A DNA stretch of 64,000 nucleotides, from the NCBI GenBank assembly GCA_044223005.1, contig JBGAML010000004.1, forward strand, positions 224,001 to 288,000, given 5' to 3'. The stretch comes from Candidatus Eiseniibacteriota bacterium (GTDB lineage: Bacteria > Eisenbacteria > RBG-16-71-46). Both the position numbers and the translations under genes were made by a program. Numbering within the stretch: position 1 is the first letter of the stretch; every line of letters starts with the position of its first letter. Shown one piece after another: positions 30,822-38,345 of this stretch. The notes under the pieces were generated by a model, which had not been told where the DNA came from, did no database searches, and saw only the letters and a program-made list of their open reading frames with translations.

Positions 30822-30852
30822 ATTCGACGGCGCATTCGGCGGAATTCCGCAT
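30822..30852 (-). promoter_or_regulatory. ECF-promoter-like motif, copy B (upstream of the CHAT gene)
   Basis: Minus strand ATGCGGAAT-tccgccGAAtGCGC-CGTCGAAT; contains the perfect palindrome GCGGAATTCCGC (30839-30850). Confidence 0.55.
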
Positions 30853-31023
30853 GCGCGATCGCGGATATCTCACGCGAGTTTCCCGACGTCGTTTCATTCG
30901 ACCGATCCGGACGGTTTGCACCCGTTTCTCATACCCCGCAGGGCGCGAAGCGTCCTAGAATGACTCGTGCTTGGTGGGCCTCATGACCGGGAGTGCTCGA
31001 TCCGGCAGCGGGAAGGACCGCGG

Positions 31024-31887
31024 ATGACCGAATCCGAACACACTCCGAATTCCATGACGCCCGTCCCCCACCATGCCGGGGACGTGGAACTGGTGCGTCG
31101 GATTCTCGCAGACGACGCGCCCGCGTGGGAAGCGTTCGTCCACCGCTATGCGGGCCTGATCTACTCGGTCGTCCGTCGCTACCTGCGCACGCGCGATCGG
31201 GACGACATCCGCTCGGTGATGGTCGACGTCCTGGTGAACTTGCGCCGTTCGAAGCTCGCGACCTACGAAGGTCGTGCCGCACTTTCGACTTGGTTGACGC
31301 TGGTGGCGCGCTCCGAAGCGCTCGAAGTACTGCGCCGGCGATTCGGCCGGGGGCGCGACGTCGCGGGATTCGAAGATCTCTCGGAACTCGAACGCCGCAT
31401 CTTCCGCTTCTACTACATCGAGGGACGTTCCTGTCACGACCTGATCGCCGAACTGTCGACGCCGACCGATCCGTGGACCCTCGATCGCTTCGTCGCGACG
31501 CTTCGGAGCATCGAACAGAAGCTGGGTGACCGCTGGCTGCGCCGGCATGCCTACGACCTGCACGCGCAGTCGGTGGGCGCGGCCTCGGGGCGGATGCTGG
31601 AATACCTGGACCACGTGCGCGACGAGTTCCAGCACCAGTCGGGGGGACACAGCCCGGAGTATCACCTCATGGAACGTGAGGCTCGCCTCACGGCCCGGAG
31701 GCTCCGGGAGATGATCGAAACGCTCGATCCGGCCGAGCGGCGCATCCTCGAACTGAGATTCGAGCTGGGTTGGACCGCGCAGGAGATCGCCGACGAACTC
31801 GGGATCCCGAGCGCGCGGGGGGTCTACAGCATCACCGAACGCGTCGTACGGCACCTGCGGCGCTGGTTCGGTGAGCAGGAACGGTAG
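31024..31887 (+). CDS. ECF-type RNA polymerase sigma factor with an extra region-4-like segment
   Basis: Sigma2: AWEAFVHRYAGLIYSVVRR...LSTWLTLVARS. Sigma4: LDPAERRILELRFELGWTAQEIADELG. 287 aa. Confidence 0.88.
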   Translation: MTESEHTPNSMTPVPHHAGDVELVRRILADDAPAWEAFVHRYAGLIYSVVRRYLRTRDRDDIRSVMVDVLVNLRRSKLATYEGRAALSTWLTLVARSEALEVLRRRFGRGRDVAGFEDLSELERRIFRFYYIEGRSCHDLIAELSTPTDPWTLDRFVATLRSIEQKLGDRWLRRHAYDLHAQSVGAASGRMLEYLDHVRDEFQHQSGGHSPEYHLMEREARLTARRLREMIETLDPAERRILELRFELGWTAQEIADELGIPSARGVYSITERVVRHLRRWFGEQER

Positions 31888-31893
31888 GACATC

Positions 31894-32766
31894 ATGACCG
31901 GACACGAAGATCTCGAGACGCTGGCGGCGCTCGCCGAGGGGACACTCCCGCCGGACGTGGCCGAGCGCGTGCGCGAGCACCTCGCCGGGTGCCGAACCTG
32001 CACGGCCGCGTACGTCGACGCCGTGCGCTACCGCGCCGCGTGGCTGGCGAAGCCGGCGCCGTTCGTGGAATCCGCGTCCCGTTCGCCCGAACTCGCGCAC
32101 GCGATCCGGCGCGCGACAGGCGCCAGGCGCGCGCCCGCGCTGGTGCCGCTCGCCGCAGCCGCGTTGGTGGCGGTGTTCGCCGGAGCCTTCGTGGTGCTGC
32201 AGCCCAAGGTCGGTCCCGGCACGGGCCTCTCGTTGACGCCGAACGTGCGCGAGGCGCTCGAAGCCCGCGTGGCGAACGGACTCGTGATTCCCGGCGCGAC
32301 CGGCGCTCCCGCGCGGCCCGTCACCGAGTTGCGCTCGGGAACCGTCGAGGTCTCGCCGGGACTCGCGCGCGACGTCGATTCGCTGCGTGGGGCGTACGAG
32401 CACGCGCGCCCGACGCCCGAACTGGCGGCGCACCTGGTCGCCGCGTTGCTCGCGGCGGGTGATCTCGACGCGGCGCGCGACTACGCGATCGAGGCGGTGC
32501 GGACGTACCCGGACGACGTGCGCGTGCTGGTGGTCGCCGCGGCCGTGCGCGACCGCGTGAGCGATCTCTCGGGCGCCGAGGAACTGCTGCGGCACGCGGT
32601 GCGCCTCGCGCCGGCGGATCCGGTCGCGACGCTCGACCTGGCGCTCGTGCTGCGGCAGCGCGGCGACTCGGCCGAAGCCCGGGACCTGCTCACGCGCGTC
32701 GCCCGCACCCGCGCGGGCGAGCTGAGCGTGCGGGCGCGCCGGGAACTCGCGACGCCGCTGCCCTGA
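31894..32766 (+). CDS. zf-HC2 anti-sigma factor with TM helix and C-terminal TPR
   Basis: HLAGCRTC (HxxxCxxC); TM LVPLAAAALVAVFAGAFVVL; TPR pattern AEELLRHAVRLAPADPVATLDLALVLRQRGD. Confidence 0.88.
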   Translation: MTGHEDLETLAALAEGTLPPDVAERVREHLAGCRTCTAAYVDAVRYRAAWLAKPAPFVESASRSPELAHAIRRATGARRAPALVPLAAAALVAVFAGAFVVLQPKVGPGTGLSLTPNVREALEARVANGLVIPGATGAPARPVTELRSGTVEVSPGLARDVDSLRGAYEHARPTPELAAHLVAALLAAGDLDAARDYAIEAVRTYPDDVRVLVVAAAVRDRVSDLSGAEELLRHAVRLAPADPVATLDLALVLRQRGDSAEARDLLTRVARTRAGELSVRARRELATPLP

Positions 32767-32779
32767 GGCGCGGCCCGCG

Positions 32780-33487
32780 TCAGCGCGTGCGGCGAGTAGG
32801 CGCGCGACTGCCCCAGCCGCGCCCGGCCCACTTCTGCAGCGCGGGCGGCAGGTGGCCGACGTCGCTGTAGGTGACGAGCCTCATCGAGCCATCGGGCCGG
32901 ATCGCGATCACGGTCAGTGACGCGTTGGCGATGTCGTTCGCGTACCAGTGCCGCTCGTCGGCGCCGGTCGCGCGCGCGACGAGCCAGCGGATCACGTTGC
33001 CGTGACAGACGAGCAGGTCCCACGTGTCGCCCTGCGGCGTCGGCGCGAAGTAGCGGCTCCAGACAGCCTCGAGCGACTCGACGCAGTGCGCGATGTCTTC
33101 CGGCGAGTGGTACGTCGTGTACTCCGGATGCTCGGGCGTGGGCGTGCACTCTCGGATCAGCGTGTCGACGTCCGGGTGGCGGTGCAGCACCGCGCCGATG
33201 TCCTCGGCCGTCTGGCGCGCGCGCAGGAAATCGCTGGTCGCGAACCGCGTGAACGGGACGTTCATGTCCGCGAGGCGTTCACCCAGCCGGCGCGCCTGTT
33301 CGTGGCCGAGGGCGTTGAGCGGGTTGTCGGTGAGCTCGCTCAGGCCGTCGTTGCGGTCGAACGCGCCGTGCCGGACGAGGAACACGAAGTGGTTGCCCGT
33401 CGCGGGCCGGGGCGCATCGGGCGCGGCGGCGATCGCGGCGCACGCGAGTCCTGCGAGCAGCGCCAGCGCGAGCGCGAACCGCCTCAC
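32780..33487 (-). CDS. Secreted histidine phosphatase, PGAM5-like (paralog 1)
   Basis: FLVRHG, SDFLRARQTA, LVCHGNVIRW; signal peptide; GTGA overlap with the upstream paralog. Confidence 0.88.
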   Translation of the reverse strand: MRRFALALALLAGLACAAIAAAPDAPRPATGNHFVFLVRHGAFDRNDGLSELTDNPLNALGHEQARRLGERLADMNVPFTRFATSDFLRARQTAEDIGAVLHRHPDVDTLIRECTPTPEHPEYTTYHSPEDIAHCVESLEAVWSRYFAPTPQGDTWDLLVCHGNVIRWLVARATGADERHWYANDIANASLTVIAIRPDGSMRLVTYSDVGHLPPALQKWAGRGWGSRAPTRRTR

Positions 33488-34209
33488 TTCGCGGGCACCT
33501 TCCAGCCGCCGCCGGGACCGCTCCACGTCTGCAGCGCCACGGGGATGTGGCCGACGTCGCTGTAGGTCACGAGCCGTGCGACGCCGTCGGGGCGCACCGC
33601 GATCACGGTGATCGAGCAGTTGCCGATGTCGAACCGGCTCCAGTGCGTGGTGTCGAGGCTGATCGCCTTGCTCACGAACCACCGGATGACGTTGCCGTGG
33701 CAGACGAGCACGTCGTGCGTGTCCGCGTCGGGAGTGGGCGTGAAGTACTTCCGCCACGCCGCGTTCACGTTCGAATCGCAGAGCGCGATCTCCTCGGCGG
33801 TGTGGTTCTTCATCCAGTCGGGGCGGTCGGCCGTCGGCGTGCACTCGTGGATCAGCGAATCCTCCTGCACCGGCATGTGCATGAGTTTCGCCATCTCGGC
33901 CGCCGTCTCCCGCGCGCGCAGGAAGTCGCTGCTCACGAGCGAGCGGAAATGAACGGGCAGCTTCGCGAGCCGAGCTCCCACGATCCGGGCCTGGCGGTGC
34001 CCGAGCGCATTGAGGGCGCTGTGCGTCCGGTCGTCCTCGCTCGTCGTATCGCGGTCGTAGTAGCCGTGCCGGATCAAGTAGACGTAGTGCAGGCCCTTGC
34101 CGCCGCTGGCCGGCGGGACGTCGGCGGCAAAGCCGGGGCGGGGTGAGAGGGCCAGCGCAAACAGCAGCGCGATCAGCAGGACCGAGAACCTCGTGAACGG
34201 GGACGGCAT
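33484..34209 (-). CDS. Secreted histidine phosphatase, PGAM5-like (paralog 2)
   Basis: YLIRHG, SDFLRARETA, LVCHGNVIRW; signal peptide. Confidence 0.9.
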   Translation of the reverse strand: MPSPFTRFSVLLIALLFALALSPRPGFAADVPPASGGKGLHYVYLIRHGYYDRDTTSEDDRTHSALNALGHRQARIVGARLAKLPVHFRSLVSSDFLRARETAAEMAKLMHMPVQEDSLIHECTPTADRPDWMKNHTAEEIALCDSNVNAAWRKYFTPTPDADTHDVLVCHGNVIRWFVSKAISLDTTHWSRFDIGNCSITVIAVRPDGVARLVTYSDVGHIPVALQTWSGPGGGWKVPAK

Positions 34210-34509
34210 GCACTCCTCCAGCAGCGCCTGCGGCGCAGGTCGGGTCGGATGCGGGATGCATCCAGCGCACTCACCTACGCACCCTAGTCACCGCGTCGCT
34301 TCGCGGCAACAGGCCCCCCGAGCGGTGCTCCTGCACACCGGAATTCAGCGGCGTCCGTCCGCGGTGCCCGGTATCTTCACCACACCACGCGCGGCCGGGT
34401 GCACCGCGCGGTCCCTTCGCTCCCCCCGCGCGACGATTCCGCACCCCCCACTCGTTCCGGTGGTCGTCGCGCTCGCCGCATGCCGGCCACCGCTGCCGCG
34501 GAGTGTCCC

Positions 34510-36183
34510 ATGCGCCTCGTTCCCTTCCTCCTAGCATTGGCCGTTGTCTCCTCCAGCGTCGACGCGTTCGCCACCTCGACCACGGTCCCCGACAACTATT
34601 CGACGATCCAGGCGGCCATCAACGCCAACGTCGACACCGTGTGGGTCAAGGGCGGTACGTACGAAGAGACGGTGAACATCACCCACGCCGTGCTGCTCAC
34701 GTACGACGAGCGCGCCTACTTCCCGGCGGCCCCGATCGTTCGCCGGATCACCAGCCCCAGCCTTACCGGCGTGGTGCGTGTGCGTGGCTTCCACATTCTC
34801 GGAGGCGCCGCGGTAACGGCGTTCAACGGGTGCGAGTTCACGTTCTGCCGCGCGGACTCGGGGATCAGCTGCACCTCGCAGTACGTCGCGCGCGTCATGG
34901 GCTGCGTGGTGTACGGCACGCTGAGCGCGAACGGACTCAACTCGCAGGTGATGTTCAACTCCGTCAACTCCGGCGGCATCTCCGCAGGAGGCAACGGCTC
35001 GTCACCGATCAGCAACAACCTCGTGACCGGGCCCGCCGCGACTGGCATCACCCTGGGCTCGGACTGCTATGCGTACGACAACCACGTGCGTGCATGTACC
35101 GATGGCATTCGCATCGCCGGGACGAACAATGCCGGCGCGTACCGGAACATCGTCGAGGACTGCACGGGGCGCGGGATCGTGGGGCCCACGCCCGGACCGG
35201 GCGGGCAGGCTGTCGTGGACTGCATGGACAACGTGGTTCGCCGCGTGGGCGGCGTCGGTGTGCAGTTCACCGGGGTCGGCCCGACGATCATGCGGAACAC
35301 CGTCGACAGCACTGGCAGCACGGGCATGAGCCTCCTCGTTGTCACGGCGACGATCGACAGCAACACGGTCCGGCGAGCGAACGGGCCGGGCATCGTGATG
35401 ACCACGATCGTCCAGCACATTCGCGGCAACGTCGTGACGCATTGCGCGGGTGACGGCATCCGGGCCGACCTCTGCCCGCTCGTCGACTACAACGTCTCGC
35501 TGCACAACGCCGGTGCCGGCATCAAGCTCTTGTCCGACGACGCCTTCGATCGCATCCGATCCAATACCTGCTCTGGAAACTCGGGCCCCGGCATTTCGCT
35601 GCAGGCGACGGACTCCGACCCCGATTCCGTCAACAACAACATCAGCGCCGCGAACGGCGTGGGGTTGGAGCGCATCGGCGCCGGCGTGATCACGCTCGGG
35701 TGCAACGACTGGTACGCGAACCCCGGCGGCGCGACGACGGGAGTGAGCGCTGCGGCGACGGACTTCTCGCTCGATCCGCTCTTCTGCAACCTGCCTGCCG
35801 ACATCGTCACGCTGGCCTCGACGTCGCCGGCGTTGAGCCGCGCGGGGTGCGGGCTCGTCGGCGCGCTGGGGCTCGGGTGCCCGACCGCGTCGACGGTGCC
35901 CGCGGGAGCGCGCTCGAGCGACGCTGGGCTGCGGTCGTTCCCGCAGCCCTCGCGCGGCGCGATCCATTTCGCGTGGGCGCCGCAGGCATCGCCCGTGACG
36001 CTCGAGATCTTCGACGCCCAGGGGGCGTTGCGGTTCTCGCGCGACGTGAGCGCGGGGACGGGCGAGGTCGAGTGGAGCCTGCCCGGAGGCGATCGCAGCC
36101 GGTTCCCGGCGGGCGTCTACTTCGCCCGGCTCCGGGACGAGCTGGGTGAGCGCGGGGCCTGCCGGGTCGTGGTGTTGCGATAG
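34510..36183 (+). CDS. Secreted right-handed beta-helix (NosD/pectin-lyase-like) protein with C-terminal FlgD/T9SS-like domain (paralog 1)
   Basis: Signal peptide, VPDNYSTIQAAI, repeated N-x-V...GI beta-helix coils, LGCNDWY...DPLFC, C-terminal FPQP...PAGVYFARL...RVVVLR. Confidence 0.85.
   Translation: MRLVPFLLALAVVSSSVDAFATSTTVPDNYSTIQAAINANVDTVWVKGGTYEETVNITHAVLLTYDERAYFPAAPIVRRITSPSLTGVVRVRGFHILGGAAVTAFNGCEFTFCRADSGISCTSQYVARVMGCVVYGTLSANGLNSQVMFNSVNSGGISAGGNGSSPISNNLVTGPAATGITLGSDCYAYDNHVRACTDGIRIAGTNNAGAYRNIVEDCTGRGIVGPTPGPGGQAVVDCMDNVVRRVGGVGVQFTGVGPTIMRNTVDSTGSTGMSLLVVTATIDSNTVRRANGPGIVMTTIVQHIRGNVVTHCAGDGIRADLCPLVDYNVSLHNAGAGIKLLSDDAFDRIRSNTCSGNSGPGISLQATDSDPDSVNNNISAANGVGLERIGAGVITLGCNDWYANPGGATTGVSAAATDFSLDPLFCNLPADIVTLASTSPALSRAGCGLVGALGLGCPTASTVPAGARSSDAGLRSFPQPSRGAIHFAWAPQASPVTLEIFDAQGALRFSRDVSAGTGEVEWSLPGGDRSRFPAGVYFARLRDELGERGACRVVVLR
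36050..36140 (+). repeat. Direct repeat copy 1 (29-nt and 54-nt blocks identical to 37975-38065)
   Basis: 36050-36078 = 37975-38003 and 36087-36140 = 38012-38065, compared base by base. Confidence 0.9.
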
Positions 36184-36205
36184 CCCTTCGGCGAACGACG
36201 CGGGC

Positions 36206-36233
36206 GATGCCCGGAGGCGATCCTCCGGGCATC
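36206..36233 (+). terminator. Intrinsic terminator-like hairpin
   Basis: GATGCCCGGAGG-CGAT-CCTCCGGGCATC (12-bp perfect stem) followed by a pyrimidine-rich tract. Confidence 0.7.
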
Positions 36234-36416
36234 CTCTGTGTTCTTGACAGGTTGGCGCCGACGATTCGATAAGCTCCACTGCATACTCTCCGGCGCCCCG
36301 CGGTCGTTCCCGACGACCCGCCTTCCCCCGCGCGATTCCCGGTGCCGGGCCGTTCGCACGCGGGGTGGCGATGCACCGGGGCTTCGGCACTCCGCACCGC
36401 AGCTTCGGAGGCCGGC

Positions 36417-38108
36417 ATGAATCGCACCGTCGCCGCAGTGCTGTTCGGGCTGCTCGCGCTACCTCTCAGGATTCACGCCACGACACTCGTGGTTCCCGAC
36501 AACGCCGCTTCCATTCAGGCCGCGATCGACGCGGGTGCGGACTCCGTGCTCGTGAGGACCGGAATCTACGAGGAGTCCGTCACGATCACGCACAGTCTCT
36601 ATCTGGGCTGGCATCAGGGAAGCACCTATCCCTACTTGCTGGAGCCGCCGCGCGTGCGTCGCATTCGCACCACGGACGTCAGCACGTACACAGTCACGGT
36701 CGAGGGCCTCCACGTGCTCGGCGGTGTACGGCTCGATCGCGGGAGCACCCTCGTTGTCCGGATGTGTCGCGCGGACTCCGGCATGACCTGCGGGTTCAAC
36801 CAGGTACGAGTAATGTCGTGCCTCGTGTTTGGCGACCTGGTCGTGAGCAACCTGGCCAATCAGGTCCTGTTCAGCACCGTCGTCGGAGGCAAACTCAGTG
36901 TCGTCGGCGGGACCACGAACACGGTTGCCTCCAACTTCGTCGCGGGGCCGTCGCCCGTCGGTATCGAGGTCGGGGTGGATGTGCACGCGCACGACAACGT
37001 CGTCCGCGGATGCGTCGACGGCATTCACGTGACGTGTGACAGCAACGCGGAAGTGCGCGACAACCTCGTCACCGACTGCTCCGGCGACGGGATTGCCTTC
37101 AACTGTTCCCGCAGCCTCCCCGGACCATGGCGAGTGCGGGGAAACACGATTCGACGGTGCGGGGGAATCGGACTTCACGGTGAAGGCTGGATCGTGACCG
37201 GAGACTTCAACTCCAATACGATCGACAGCACTGGCAACGACGGCATCCGGCTCGCCGGCACGATCGCTTGGCTTGACAGCTGCGACGTCCGGCGCGCAGG
37301 CGACGCCGGAATCCGCATGACTGGAATGGTGGTGAGCCATCTTTCCGCGAACAGGGTGCTGCGCTCGGGAGGAGACGGAATCTCCGTGACGTGGCTGAAT
37401 GGGAAGGTCGACCACAACGTAGTGGGCCGAAACGGTGGGCGAGGCATCGCCGCCACCGCGGCCTACTCCGGTGCGAGCATGGTGTCCAACACCAGCTACG
37501 AAAACGGGCTCCAGGGACTCGACTTCGAGAATCCCGAGCCACAGCCAGTGGACATCACCGCCAACATCGGTTTCGCCAATTCGCGGGGGGTGCGCGTGAC
37601 GGGCGCCGGCTCGGCGACGCTCGGCTGCAACGACTGGTTCGGCAACTCCGGCGGAGCCACCGAGGGAATCGCTCCCGGCCCGAGCGACTTCGATGCGGAC
37701 CCCCTCTTCTGCAATCTGCACGCCGATGTGGTCACGCTCGCGTCGATGTCACCCGCGCTCAGTCATGGCAACTGCGGACTCGTGGGTGCGCTCGGACTGG
37801 GCTGTCCGACACCGACGTCGGTTCCCGCGGCCACGAGGCTGGAGGATGCGCGCTTGCGCGTGTTCCCGCAGCCAAACCACGGCGCGATGCGCTTCGCATG
37901 GACGCCCCAGCCGGAGCCATTGCAACTCGAGGTCTTCGACGCTCAGGGCGCGCTCCGGTTTTCGCGTGGCGTCGGCGCGGGGACGGGCGAGGTCGAGTGG
38001 AGCATGGCCTTAGGCGATCGCAGCCGGTTCCCGGCGGGCGTCTACTTCGCCCGGCTCCGGGACGACGCCGGCGAACGCGGTACATGCCGCGTCGTGATGC
38101 TTCGGTAG
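36417..38108 (+). CDS. Secreted right-handed beta-helix protein with C-terminal FlgD/T9SS-like domain (paralog 2)
   Basis: Same architecture as 34510-36183: VPDNAASIQAAI, CRADSG, LGCNDWF...DPLFC, PAGVYFARL. Confidence 0.85.
   Translation: MNRTVAAVLFGLLALPLRIHATTLVVPDNAASIQAAIDAGADSVLVRTGIYEESVTITHSLYLGWHQGSTYPYLLEPPRVRRIRTTDVSTYTVTVEGLHVLGGVRLDRGSTLVVRMCRADSGMTCGFNQVRVMSCLVFGDLVVSNLANQVLFSTVVGGKLSVVGGTTNTVASNFVAGPSPVGIEVGVDVHAHDNVVRGCVDGIHVTCDSNAEVRDNLVTDCSGDGIAFNCSRSLPGPWRVRGNTIRRCGGIGLHGEGWIVTGDFNSNTIDSTGNDGIRLAGTIAWLDSCDVRRAGDAGIRMTGMVVSHLSANRVLRSGGDGISVTWLNGKVDHNVVGRNGGRGIAATAAYSGASMVSNTSYENGLQGLDFENPEPQPVDITANIGFANSRGVRVTGAGSATLGCNDWFGNSGGATEGIAPGPSDFDADPLFCNLHADVVTLASMSPALSHGNCGLVGALGLGCPTPTSVPAATRLEDARLRVFPQPNHGAMRFAWTPQPEPLQLEVFDAQGALRFSRGVGAGTGEVEWSMALGDRSRFPAGVYFARLRDDAGERGTCRVVMLR
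37975..38065 (+). repeat. Direct repeat copy 2
   Basis: See 36050-36140. Confidence 0.9.
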
Positions 38109-38345
38109 CGGATCGTCTTCGCGGATCGGCCCCGGGCGGTGGGATCGTCGTCCGGGGCCGATCGCGTCGTGAGACGTCGACTTCGCCAGTTGCGGCCCAG
38201 GATCCAAGTGCGAATGGCCTACTAAAGTCGCATTGCGGCACCGGGCCTGCGCGGGCACGTTTGCCACGATCGCCGAGACGAATCCGCTCGCAGGCCCCGG
38301 GGGCGGAGGTCGGCCGTCTGGTTCGGCGATCAGTGGGATGGTCGC

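Noticed and set aside
27240..32766. CRISPR array or cas genes accompanying the CHAT protease (type III-E-like)
   Set aside because: No repeat-spacer array or cas-like ORF; the 31-bp repeat occurs only twice, 2.9 kb apart.
36244..36275. Perfect TTGACA upstream of beta-helix paralog 2
   Set aside because: No acceptable -10 element at 16-18 nt spacing (TAAGCT is 20 nt away).
34510..38108. Diversity-generating retroelement template/variable repeat pair
   Set aside because: Both repeats lie in coding 3' ends, mismatches are not adenine-specific, and there is no reverse transcriptase in the window.
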